Origin: Phoronis australis
Lineage: Eukaryota > Animalia > Phoronida
DNA length: 64,000 nucleotides
NCBI GenBank assembly: GCA_002633005.1
Contig: NMRA01000077.1
Coordinates: forward strand, 496,001-560,000
Direction of reading: 5' to 3'
Positions within the stretch are counted from its first letter, which is position 1, and each line of letters starts with the position of its first letter. This document shows, piece after piece, positions 1-27,901 of this stretch. Below the pieces are notes generated by a model that was not told where the DNA came from, made no database searches, and was given only the letters and a program-made list of their open reading frames with translations. The position numbers were made by a program, and so were the translations under genes.

Positions 1-3000
1 AGTGGCAACCTTTTGAGGCAGCAAGTTATAGAACTGACCAGACAGAATGAAGAACTACGTAACAAGCATAGGTGAGTGTATGTCCATGTTTGCAAGGAAA
101 CTAATTTAATTGGGTTTATGGTATGGTGGTTAAAGTCTTGGATCTGCTGTCTCGAAGTTGCGGGTTAATTTGTGATCTGACGAGCTATTATTTTGAGAAT
201 CGTAGTGATGTTTCTTTCCACATAGTTCCAAATCGGCGCGAAAAATTGAGGATTAGTTTTCTAAAATTTTCTGACAAACCCATAAGAGCAAGCAGCTATG
301 TGAATACTTCTGTATGTCATCAGTTGATACACCTTCTGGTGTTCGACTCATTTGTGGTTTGTGTTATGTACAGCGAGATTTGTTATTTTGTCACTGCCAA
401 AGTGATGCTGTCTAATCAAAAATTACTGATAACTTAATTTTTTCTCCCTTCAGGCTTGAGATGGCTGAAATGCATTCGCACCGAGAGATGACAGGACAAC
501 ATCTGCCCCAGCCATTGCTGCCCTCTGGTGATGAAGGGTCGGAACTACAGAAGGTGGAGCTACTCAACATGGACTTGCAGGTTTGTTGACTAACAAGTTA
601 TGCATGCGCTGTGTTCAGCAGAACATTTTGCACACATAATGAATGTGTACATAACAGTCACCACTTGTCATAAAAGCGTGTCTGGAAAATTGTGGAAAAC
701 TCATAGAAAAATTCAAAACACTAAAGAGGCAAATCATATTGTGTGAGTCAAATTGCTAATGTAATGACTTACATGGTCAAATTATATGCCTTCTGTGAGT
801 TCGTATTCAGTTATAGTGAAAATTGTGACCTCAAATCTTATCGAAAATAGGTGAACCCATGTCACTTGTTATATGCATTCCAATGTTTTTGACTGCTGCA
901 TGCAGGCTGGTTGTTTCAGTTTAGTTAGGTTGCACAAAAGGGGGTTGTTACAGTTTAGTTTGGTTGCATTGCAAGTTTTGCTGATGTACTATCAAGTTCA
1001 CAAGACAGTGCCTACCTATACATATGTGCTTGTATATTTCCGTTATTTCTGTCCGGGCATCTGACATCCACTACTGTGTCTGCTAAACCCTTGCTGGATC
1101 TTAATGAGATTTGGGAGATGTGTTGTTTTGAAGCCTGTGACAGGTGATGACGAGTTTCGCACTGATTCGAATACTAGTGTGACCCCTAGTGACAATTTTA
1201 TATTTTTACGTTAACTTTGCCTCTGTATCTTCGGAGTGCTTGATGATATGAAATTTTGCAAATAGGTTTTTATTAAGGAAACGGGCATCTTCTCATTTGT
1301 GTACAGATTTACCAATGAGGCCTTTCCATTATTGGATATGTTTGGCTTATTTTGTGCCATCTAGTGGCCATTTTTTAACTTATAAACACCCCTAGAAGCA
1401 TGAAGCATAATACTTGCAGTGTAGTCTTGGGGATATTTCAAAGCTTGGCGTTGCTCTTGTATTCGGATTTGTGGCGGTTTTGCCTGCAGTTTTCTTCATG
1501 CAGTACAACTGAATGGAGATGGGAGTCAAGGTTTTATATTAACTTATTATTTATATTCTTTCATCCATTTTAAAATGAGATGAACATTTTGTTGATATGT
1601 GGTCTGGTTTTGTGGAAAGAATTTCTATTGTCAATGCTACATGCTGCATGTTGGTGAAGGACAGTTGTCTCCCTAAAATTTTGTAGAAAACTTATAGACT
1701 GTCCGATATCTGTATGTTGACCCCGGCCGCAGCACCGAATCAGGGAATTTTGCAACATAGGCAAAACTATCAGGATAGTTCTGCGGCCTCATACAGAAAC
1801 CTGAGAACTTCCTGTATGCTGTATTGCCCTTACCCCTGGTGTTGAGCTTGTGTCCCGTGTTGAAACCCAGTCCAGGCTGGTCAGAGTACACCTCCATGTA
1901 ACGACCTGTGGTCTTGTCAAATGCGCTGGCCGCCCTCCTCATTCCCGGGGCACCGAGTATGCAGTAAGTCTCCTCCACACCCCTCATCTCCACGGATGTT
2001 AATTTACGGGGTCTCAGAAATGAGTATGCTTTGCTGATGTTCTGTAACCTCCCCGTGGCAAGATACTGACTACCGTCTTCCACCATTCGGTAGGCATTGA
2101 TCTCGAACTGGTGTTTTTTGTCGATTGTCTGCATGCTTCGTGCTCCTGCTAGGTTGAAGAATAAGTTACTGCAGACGTTGATGGGTGTCTGTCGGTCACT
2201 GGTAGCGTTGATGTCGATGATGACCTCATTCTCGTCTGTCAGGTCATATCTTACGTGGATGTTAACTTTTCCTGGATAGCCCTGGTCATTGTGTGGACTG
2301 GTCAAAGAAAACATCACGCTATCACCTTCTGTCTTGCTGTTCCATACGTACTTGTCAAAACCTTTCTTCCCACCATCTTTGGAGTTGTTTCCCTCGTTCA
2401 CACTCACTTGACTCAGCTCCCACTTCTCAGTGAAAGGATTGAAGACACGCAACGTTGCCTCTCTGATTCGACCACAGTATCGACCAATAATGGCACCAAA
2501 GTATGGGTTTGCACTCCGATCAATGGTGTCATACCCACCAAGACTGTCAAACCCAAGGACAACATCATCTATTTTTCCTCTCTTGTCTGGCACGCTTATT
2601 GAGACAACAGCTGCACCTAGTGACATCACCTGGAGTTTAACATTGTTTGAGTTGACCAGTGTGTAGTTGAACACTGTTTGTCCGTCTCTGGTAATCCCAA
2701 ATGTCCCTTCTGTGACTTTACCTCCTCCATATGCTATCTGTCTCTGTGCGTCCATTTGTGGATGACTGTCAAAGACTCCGCACAATGTCAATATGGTAAT
2801 AACGAAACATATTAAGAGCAAAATACATATTAGAATGAACAGATTCAAGTGTATCTTTGGGCGCAGATTTACTACTCTGTAAGCCTCTTGCTGTCTTTCC
2901 TCTACTCTCGTCTGGGTGTCATCAATTTGTGTCTGGCCTTCCAGTCTAGAGCCAAGAACAACGCTGTCCGTTCCTGCCTGCGGCTGGCCAGAAGTTCTTC

Positions 3001-6000
3001 TGCTCTTGTTCTCCTGACATGGAGGTCCTGTCAGTGAGGTCCTTCCCTTATTTATAGCCATGCTTCCCGCAGTGGCAGCAGTAGTGGCTCCCTTAGCAAT
3101 ACACAAATATACTTGATCTACATCTGGTGTTGAGAATCCTTTTGCAACATGAGTCTGCATTGTACCTTTTGCAGCATGCGTCTGCATTGTACCTTTTGCA
3201 GCATGGGTCTGCTTTGTAACTACACTGTCAGGCAAACTGCTTTGTGTTTGTCGTTGACTTTTTGGGTGCTTGTTTTCCTGGGCACCTTGTGTTGGAGATG
3301 TCGTGGTGCCAGTGTAAGTGGGGGATGAACTCGCCTGTTTTGTGTTTCTTGCTGTTGCTGAACGGGACTCGGCATCATTGGTCTTTTTATTCTTAATGGT
3401 CTGACCACCTGTCTTGTCTTTGTCAGCCTGACATAGTATGTACCCTCTGGGTTCCTTGGTACTGTCTTGTGCATCAGCTATGTTTGCCTTATTGTTGGTA
3501 GGCTTTTCTTTTCTTGCTAGAAATGTGGGTAGTTTTGGTAGCTTTGTGGCCATGGTTGCAAGTCATCACCTCAGGGCTTGTGTTTTTGTTATTGTCATTG
3601 TTATTTTGTAGACTGCTATAATACTAAATTAAATACAAGTCTTTTCTACAGTTTAGAAAATATATCTTCACCAAATGTCTCAATGAATATATCACTCACT
3701 GGGTGTTTAATCAAGTGTCTACTGTGTGCACAAGTGTGCACTGACTTTATGACATCACTATGTTGTCATTTTGCATGAATTTTACTTTTATTTTAAGGGT
3801 CACAGAGAATGAAATTGAAATTAATTCTACCACAAAATTTTTTATATAAAAAATATATTTATAATATAGATCACTCTAATTTTTTGATTATCTTAGTTAT
3901 TAAATTGTTTATAATTATAATTAGAATTGACATTTTCATTGAATGTAGTGAAATTGACTTTATTTGAAATATGTCATTTTTGTTTTCCTTTTCTTCTTTC
4001 TTATTTGGCCAAAAAATTATTTAAGACATTACTCTGGTAAGGCCTTTCTGGTAATACAATGTAAAACGCAGATGAAGAATGCCTGCTAGACCCTTTTTGA
4101 ATAGTGCTTAACATGGCTGAACCATCACATGCCTGTTGTGTGAGGTGCAATATCTGTTTTCATCCCAATCATCAAGCTGGTCATCAAGTGTCATTTTCTC
4201 TATGTGTATTTCAGGCTCAGGTCCAACAGCTCTCAAGTGAGAATGCCCAGTTAAAACTTCGAGAGAAAGATCTGGCCAGCCGACTACAGCAGACCCCTCC
4301 TTCCAGTCCCCACCACCATTACAGTAAATCACCCTCTGGTCCTCTACTCACGGAACCGACTGAGATGGAGGTATTTTATTTGTTTCATACATTTTGCATT
4401 ATTCAGCCTTTTCAGTTGTTTCTTTCATTATTTTATCAAGTTAATATAAATTTCACTTAAATGTTCATTAATCTGATATGATGGCATTTTGTGCAATGGA
4501 TTTCTTCATTTCTAACAGAAAATTTTATTTTCAGTACCTCAAAAACATCATGTTTGAGTACATGATGGGTAGGGAAACAAAGACCCTGTCAAGGGTGATC
4601 ACAACGATACTCAAGTTCTCCCGCGACCAGTCACGACAGGTTGCTCAGAAAGAGGATGAGAAAAGCTCAGTAAGTGGATACAGGTCACGTGCATGTAGAG
4701 AAGAGAGTGGGGGAGTGGGGAAGGACTTACACTGTGTACTTTCAGTAGCCTGTTTTAGATGGCCGGGGGAATGTGATCTCAAGGAGCGGAGGGTGGAGAT
4801 TAACAACAATTTGCATTGTCAAGCAGTAGTGCAAGAGTTTTGTGCTTAAATCATTGCAGTTGTTACTATACAAACATCTTAAGGTCTCGGCTTGGTATCA
4901 GGGCTTTACACACGTCGACATGATGCCTTTTGTAATGTTATGATCTGGATAACTGGTGAGGATAAGGTGCTATGTCAACAGTGCTTCTAATCATTATGAT
5001 GTCATGTCAATGGTTCTAATCATTATGATGTCATGTCATCACTATTTCTAGTCATGCTGTCATGTCTACACTGTTTCTAATCATGTTGTAATGTCAACAA
5101 TCCTTGTAAACATGCCGTCGTGTCAGCAAAGGTTCTAATCATCATGTTGTCTCGTGTCGTTGTGTCCTTAACAATTACATCTCCCCAAGTCGTATTGAAC
5201 TCTAAATAGGCACTAGCTTTTAGAATAAAAGTGTCAGTTTTTAGTTTGAGTTCAGCATGGGATATACATTTTTAGGCGCCGCGCCAACACACACACACAC
5301 ACACACACACACGTGTGTGTATGTGGTCGCATGTCGTCGTCACTTTGTCTGGTTGTCCGGGTGTCTGTTGACAAATTGCATTGAAACTTGACACAGAGGT
5401 ATATTATGAGATTTTGCTGGCACCATTAGATTTTCGGGCGGATTTGACTACTGCAGTGCCTTCTAGTGGCCATTCTGTGAGCGTTTCCAGATGATATGTA
5501 GGGAACCACGTGAAGGATTTCAATGAAAGGTGACACAGAGTTATGTTTGGTCAATGCGGCGGTACCAATAAGTTTTCAGGTGGTTTTGACCACTGCAGCA
5601 TGCCTTAATAACAATTTAGTTTTTGACTTGATGCTTTTCAAGTGTTGTTTGAGGGAAGAGCATTTCCGGGTGATATGAGAATCAACTAACGAGTTTCGAT
5701 TAAACTTGACACAGAGGTATACAATGTCAGTGTTCCGGCACCATTTGATTTTTGGATGGATTCGACCATTGCAGCACCTCCTAATGGCTGTTTCTGGATG
5801 GTGTTTGTGAATTGATTGATAGATTTTAATGAAACTTGACACAGAGGTTTGTGATGTCAATAAGCAGTCACCATTAGATTTGACTACTGTAGCACCTCCT
5901 AGTGGCCATTTTATTCTCAAAGGGTTTTCATGTGTTGGTTTGGGAGAGAGCAATTCTGGATGATATCTAAGAAAACCGTTTACTGATGTTAACAAAACTT

Positions 6001-8389
6001 GACACCACAGATATGTGAAGTCAATGCACTGTGTGCTTCATTTTCAGGAAAGATTTGTCCTCTTTGGCATTGTGACAAGGAGCTGTTCATGTGTTGTTTG
6101 GGCGAACAGCATTTCAGCATGGTATCAAGAGAACCGATTGATGGATTTCTATGAAACTTTACTTAGTTATATATGATGACCAAGTGCTGGCACCTTTTTG
6201 TTCTTGCGAAAGGGCTTTTCAAGTGTTGTTTGGGGGAGGAGCGTTTCCAGGTTATATCTGTATATTTGATTGATAGAGTTCAATGAAACTTTACTCCGTG
6301 GTATATGATGACAATGCACCAGCACCGTTTAATTTTCAGGCTGATTTGACTACTACAGCACCTCCTAGTGGCCTTAAAAACATATCGTATGCGATGCACC
6401 ATGGGCGCATGTCAATGCCGGGACGTTGCTCTTGTTGTAATTGTGAAATTGCAGAAAAACACAATCTCCTATAAACTTTTCATCTATTTAGAAGTACTGT
6501 TCTAACTGCTTTTCTTTTGAGCTAATCTTTTCTGTGATCATTTTTCTCAGTAACTCCATGTGAACGTACGTAATTTTCTTCATTTATGTGTTGTTGGAAT
6601 TTTTATGTTGCATACCATTTCACATAGTCTGGAATCTTGTCATCTTTACTCTTTGTTAAAGGAACCCTAATTCATCCACCATGTTCAAGGTAGTAGGCGT
6701 CAGTAATGGTATAAAGGGTCAACTGCATTTAAGTTATCCACTGGATAACAACTGTGATATGTCGTCTGCTAATGAAGAACGTTGCGTTGCGGCTAGTGTT
6801 AATCCCCAGTTTTGTCTGTTCGTTTAATCATGGAGATAAATTTCTTTCTGAAAATTTGGAAAATCACTGAAATGCACTACTGACAGAAATGTCTCATTTG
6901 TTGTTTAAATTCAAACCATTTTTAAGTGCTTGTGTCGAAAGCTATTTCTGAGTAGTTTTTGAGAATACCAGCTTGATCCACCAACTTTAGATGGCACATT
7001 GCAGTTCATTGTTCTGCAAATATTTTTGAACTGGGCTGGGTTGCATAAAGCTTCAAAAGTTATCTACTGGATAAGTTTGATTGTTGCAAGACGTCAGGTG
7101 CATTGTTCAACAATAACTACGTGATGCGTGATAATGCGACGTCATTATTGCTATGCGGCGTATAACTTTTATGCAACTGGGCCCTGGTGTACAAAGGTTA
7201 TACAGGGGACATAATATAAAGTTTTATCTCTCCAGCCTTGGTGTTCTGTTGTGTTGATGTTGCATTTGGTTGGCGGTTCTTGCAGCCTTGTGACCTTTGT
7301 CCTTGGATAGCAATGGCACAGTGTATGTTCAGCCCCCAATCAGTCTACTGCTAGTCCTGCTTTTTTAGGGTCTCTGCTTTTTTTGTTTTTGAATCTTCTT
7401 GGTTGTTATTTCTCTATTTTGACTGTTACATTCTGCTCAGAGGTGTCGTGTATGTGGTAACTGTTCTTGTTTGAAGCAAGAAATGTGAACCTGGAACCTT
7501 GAAGCAATCTTTCTCATCTTCTTTTATGTAGGATTTTATTGACAAGATTGCATTTTTAGCCAAATATCTACAAAGCAATAAATTTTAACTCATACGAGTG
7601 TATTTTTTAAAAGTAGAAAGGCTGTTTAGTTAGATTTCTTACTTTTTATTAATGGTTAATTGTGACTTGTAGCCATATCTTTTCTGTAAAATTTATCTCA
7701 AAAAAAGGTACATTCAGCAGCAGTGTCAATAACATGATCAAATTTCATTTGATGGAAATGTTCAAGATGATATTTCAAAAATTCCCTATGTAAATGTTCA
7801 AGATGATATTTCAAAAATTCCCTTCATTTTTCTAAAATATAATTTCATTTTTGTATTATGCAACTTCATACTTTTTATTGAAAATCTCAAAAGTCCTGTT
7901 TCTGTGACAAATCCTAATTAGACAAAATTGGACAATTTTCAAGGGTAATACTTAACCTTAAAGTGAGCAGTGTAAAGCCAGATTGTTACGACAGGCTACA
8001 TATTGTGAATTTCTGATTATTTCTGCAAGTATTAGCGATACTATTTGGCCATTTTTATGGCATGTATGGGTGAGATGTAAAACAGGAATACTTGTTCTTA
8101 TTGGCCAATATGTAAATAATGGTAACAGTGCAGTGTTCTTATTGGCCAATATGTAAATACAGGTAACAATGCAGTGTTCTTATTGGCCAATATGTAAATA
8201 ATGGTAACAATGCAGTGTTCTTATTGGCCACTGTATAAATAAGTGCGTCAGTGTTCTTATTGGCAAGTAGGTTCAAATGGTGTATTTATACATATTTCCG
8301 CAGAACCTGCAGCTGACTGGCTTGCTACATTTTGCCTATGCCCCTAATGCTCTTTGTGTTTTTATTTTCAGTCGTGGCTGGCATCATAG
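1..8389 (+). CDS. GOLGA4: Golgin subfamily A member 4 (golgin-245/p230), 3' part with GRIP domain; exons <1-71, 454-580, 4215-4370, 4535-4669, 8372-8389
   Basis: GT-AG exons splice in frame to coiled-coil sequence and then ...LLTEPTEME|YLKNIMFEYMMGRETKTLSRVITTILKF...EDEKSS|SWLAS*. This matches the GOLGA4 GRIP motif (EPTEFEYLRKVLFEYMMGRETKT) and the SWL-type C-terminus. Candidate AATAAA at 10978. The 5' end lies outside the window. Confidence 0.88.
995..1460 (+). mobile_element. Degenerate Helentron-associated (HINE/DINE-like) non-autonomous element
   Basis: Shares CCCCTAGTG/CTAGTGGCCATTTT and ATGAAATTT internal motifs and the ...GTTGCTCTTGT 3' end with copies at 5269 and 62591. Confidence 0.45.
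1673..3553 (-). CDS. Intronless GALM/aldose-1-epimerase-like protein (626 aa) with long low-complexity N-terminus and one transmembrane helix; catalytic residues substituted; nested in GOLGA4 intron 581-4214
   Basis: Uninterrupted ORF with strong Kozak context (AACCATGG). C-terminal ~350 aa carry GALM motifs (VPDKRGKIDDVVLGFDSL, PYFGAIIGR, GFDKYVW, DQGYPG, FFNLAG, QNYPDS, LRPGSTY). Hydrophobic stretch IHLNLFILICILLLICFVITILTLCGVF precedes the domain. Confidence 0.85.
   Translation of the reverse strand: MATKLPKLPTFLARKEKPTNNKANIADAQDSTKEPRGYILCQADKDKTGGQTIKNKKTNDAESRSATARNTKQASSSPTYTGTTTSPTQGAQENKHPKSQRQTQSSLPDSVVTKQTHAAKGTMQTHAAKGTMQTHVAKGFSTPDVDQVYLCIAKGATTAATAGSMAINKGRTSLTGPPCQENKSRRTSGQPQAGTDSVVLGSRLEGQTQIDDTQTRVEERQQEAYRVVNLRPKIHLNLFILICILLLICFVITILTLCGVFDSHPQMDAQRQIAYGGGKVTEGTFGITRDGQTVFNYTLVNSNNVKLQVMSLGAAVVSISVPDKRGKIDDVVLGFDSLGGYDTIDRSANPYFGAIIGRYCGRIREATLRVFNPFTEKWELSQVSVNEGNNSKDGGKKGFDKYVWNSKTEGDSVMFSLTSPHNDQGYPGKVNIHVRYDLTDENEVIIDINATSDRQTPINVCSNLFFNLAGARSMQTIDKKHQFEINAYRMVEDGSQYLATGRLQNISKAYSFLRPRKLTSVEMRGVEETYCILGAPGMRRAASAFDKTTGRYMEVYSDQPGLGFNTGHKLNTRGKGNTAYRKFSGFCMRPQNYPDSFAYVAKFPDSVLRPGSTYRYRTVYKFSTKF
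3134..3212 (-). repeat. 27-bp coding tandem repeat x3 (QTHAAKGTM)
   Basis: Direct repeat ccttttgcagcatg(c/a/g)gtctgcattgta inside the GALM-like ORF. Confidence 0.85.
4960..5165. repeat. Degenerate tandem repeat (ATGTCA...TTCTAATCAT units, ~30 bp)
   Basis: Repeated ttctaatcattatgatgtcatgtca-like units. Confidence 0.55.
5269..6436 (+). mobile_element. Helentron-associated (HINE/DINE-like) element with (AC)n microsatellite and internal tandem units
   Basis: T-run start, (AC)n at ~5287-5312, repeated AAACTTGACACAGAG / CACCTCCTAGTGGCC units, ends GGGCGCAT...TTGCTCTTGTT like the 62591 copy. Confidence 0.6.
7034..7183. mobile_element. MITE, PIF/Harbinger-like
   Basis: TIR GGCTGGGTTGCATAAAG / TTTTATGCAACTGGGCC flanked by 3-bp CTG target-site duplication. 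Confidence 0.6.
8093..8263. repeat. 41-bp minisatellite, ~4 copies
   Basis: Unit cagtgttcttattggccaatatgtaaataatggtaacaatg. Confidence 0.85.
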
Positions 8390-11300
8390 CGAAAGCTCAG
8401 CCGACAGCCTCAATGTTTGGTGTGCCAGTCACAGTGAATTTTGGAAGGCGGTTGTGGATTTTTATCGCATTTGTCTAGAGTCGAGCTTTGATGAGGTTTA
8501 AGCTTATGTTAATGCTTAAATTTATTGGTTGATCAGATTTGCAGGAATGCAACTGCCACTGAACTGAAACCCTTTAAATCTTGTTACTGAGTATTCTCAA
8601 TCGAAAAAATGTTCGCTTCGTTTAGCTATCAATGTGATTTTGCCAGTTTGTTGGCATGTTCACCTGCAATTAGTTCAGGATGTTTTGTGCAAGGATTGAG
8701 CTGCTGGAAATTCATTAGATCGTGCAAATGAAACAACAGTCCACTCACCTGTTAGTCTTGTCCACTTGACAGATAGTCACCTGGTACCATTGTCCTACAT
8801 ATTCCTGCGTGCTGGTAGACAGCTTTCAGTTTCTCAGTTAAAGGAGCATTTCACTGCTGTTTGATTGTCAATTGTTGAAGTGTTAACCGAAGGGCTTTGT
8901 GGTCTAAAAATACTTAATACTGAAATGAGTGGCAACTCCAGTCAAAGGCCCTGCGTACATACATCATTTTTGAATTTGCACTTTTAAGGTTGGTCAACCC
9001 CAATAAAATCTGAAGCACTTTCTTGAGTAGCGTATGGTGTCCATCTTCTTGTTGATAATGGACATAGAACTCTACCATGGTAAGTAACATGAGAACAATT
9101 TCATGAGAGCAAAAGGCCTAATTTGATTTTCGTTTCTAACCAGCTGAACAGATGAGTGTGAAATGCTGCTTTAATAAAGAGTACCATTTTTAGTTGTCCA
9201 CGTAATGAATGCAGATGCCCCCTGTTGTGTGAAGTGCTGCTACTTGACTTGTTGATACTGGTGTGCATTTATTTGTTGAAGGATGATGTTGGTATTGAGT
9301 TAAAATACGTTGCAAAAACATTATTATTTTTGTCAGTCACATTCGTGACATCATTGCCATATGCTGTGATATTGGGAAACTGCAATATTGTATATTGGAG
9401 TATGGCGATAGTGTTTCAGTAATTGACATTCGTTCTTCATCTGGGAATATTATATATTGTGGTATGCTATTGTGCTTCAGTAGTCATTCTTCTTCTGGTA
9501 AAGAATTGATAATTCCTATGAATTACTGCTTTAGGTGTGGGGAACTTGACAATTTGGGTTTTTATTTGAGGTGAAGATTGTAAGACTGAATGGTAAAAAC
9601 CCATTCTTGTCAAAACATGAGCATAATTTGAGAGACATTTGTTTGTGTTGTGAACAACATGCGCAGAGCTGGATATCCTCAGCTATATCTCCCTTTCCCT
9701 TCAAATGATATGTATTATAATTGATCAAGTTTTGCCAGTCTGTCTAGGCTGCATTGTTGGGTGCTATGAAAAATGTGGATTAGATATATTAAAATTATTA
9801 TATAGTGGTAACATTCCAGTTTCCGTCTGTATTTGTCCTCAAGTTAAAATCTGGCTGCAAGCCTCAAACAACTCCCCTTGTCACTACCTTTCCCTTGTAA
9901 GGTCCAACTTTGAACATGCTTCAGGTTGTTTCAACGTGTGTGCCATGACTATTAAGTTTTTGGGTGTTCATAATTTACTTAAGGGTTTGACACAGGTTTG
10001 AATTTTTTGTAAATTAACATATTTTTTGTAGTAGTCTACCTACTACACATCTGCAAAAATGCAAAGGTCACCAAATTAGTTTTTCCATTGCAACCACCAA
10101 CAAAGCCATCTGGCAAAAATGTGAAATTGAGATCGGTTTCTAAAAAGCCATTTTCACTAATTAAATTAATGACTGAAATCCCTTTGAAAATGGATTAATT
10201 TCGTTGTACAATATCAACTTTATCATTTCCCGGTTTACCAATTTTCTTACGTACTTCATATTTTAGCATTTTGGCTTCTGCAGAAAAAGTTACATTTATT
10301 TTTGATGTCCACGTTTTCTATAAAATAAGAAAAATTAGGATGCCAGACTTTATTTTGAGCCATTTTAACATTGTGGTATGTAAGAATTTGAAATTTGACC
10401 TCAAAAGTACACAATTTCAAGATTACCGTGTGTGTCGCTTTTCACCCGATGGGATTTAAGTTGAGTTGATGTGAACTATAAGTTTCAGTGCGACCTTAAA
10501 GGTACATTTCTAGGCTCCATTTTTGTTTTGAAGACTGGAAATATAGTTATTGTGACTGTTTGAAAACAACTAGTCATTGTCATAATTTCCAAATAAGTTT
10601 AACGGCAAAATTTTCTAGCCCTTTACAAAATGAACATCTACATTTTTGTCAATACGTTTAAAAAGAACGTAAATATAAGTGGAACACCTCAATTATGTCA
10701 CGAGTCTGGAGCATCTTTTTGTACAGTGTTGCTAGTCATGTTGGTACTCATTTAAAAGCCAGACTTAAATTTGCTTTCCTCAGTTTATTGTAAAATACCA
10801 TCTGGTAATTTGAAATATATCAAATAACCAATGTATGCAACGCTTTATGTTAATGTATGTTACAAGGCATTTTAATTTTTTACTGTGATTCACTGTATTG
10901 GTTATGGGGTTTAATTATTACAATGTTATACATGTTTAATTGTGTTACTTTTCTTTCTTGGCCTTCCAGTACTGAGGAATAAATGTTACCAACTTGGTCT
11001 CCTTTGAAATTTGTCATTATTGTGATCAAGTAATGTTTACCTAATGAACACAAGAGCAATTAATTACCAGATTTAACATTCCATAACATTTCTAGTTTTA
11101 CAAAATCATTTTATTCCAAAACGAGTCATACTTTACACTATTTACAAATTACAAAATATAACGACCTACAAATGTGAATGGCAAACGAGACTTAAATTCA
11201 TATCTTTTGCTTTGTAGCCTTATTGAACACAACAGCAACTGGGTTTGATCTACTGTTGTCAACACACAACATGAAGCAACGATTTTGACCTTCAAAATAC

Positions 11301-12001
11301 AATCTGCATTAAGCAAGCCATTGTTTTGTAGTAATGTGTAAAATGATACACGACTAGTCATGCACTGTGGTCTGACTACAGATGTAATACTCAGATTTGC
11401 CATCAATGAACTGGCATGCAGAGTAGCTCCAAGGCAAACAATGAGTTTGGGTAGATACTACAATGTACTGATGTACATCCGCATACAAGGGTGCACTTAT
11501 ACCTTGGGCACCAGAGAATCATTGAGTTACATCTATGACATCTATGAAAGTAAGAGCAATTGGCAGGAAGATCAGCTGGTACCCTTGGACAAGTGCTTGT
11601 CTTCACTTGCGTATGTAGATATTTGTACATAAAGTAGCTACAACTGGTGATGGTAAATACATTGGACAACCTTTGGTAATTAAGAAAAGGGGGAATTTGT
11701 GGCGACTTAGAGAACATTCCTCACAATGGAGAACATTCCTCAATGAGAAGGCACAGACACCTTTCTCCTAAAATGACCAATTGTTCTGTGGATATGTATG
11801 ACCAGAGCATTTCCCACTAATGTACAATCTAGCATTTTGAGATGAAGTAAAGTAAAATGTTCAATGAGATATATCGAAGTCACGATAACTGGCCAATCCA
11901 TTGGCTTGACAGCTGCGTCAGGTGAAAATTTTCATCATAGTGGTCACGGTAAATTCTCACTGTAGGTACTAGAAGCCTTGCTGCTGATTGTCCAGGGAGG
12001 C

Positions 12002-27787
<15,786 letters not shown>

Positions 27788-27901
27788 TCAGCATAGCAAA
27801 CGAATGTCTGGGGGGAAAAACACTAAATGCATATAAGAGATCAGTAGGTTCAAGTAACAAATTTTGGAATTGCCTGTATTACAAAAACCAGAATATAGTA
27901 A

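Noticed and set aside
8093-8263. Array of CCAAT boxes as an enhancer or promoter
   Set aside because: CCAAT is simply inside a 41-bp minisatellite unit in the last GOLGA4 intron; no other support.
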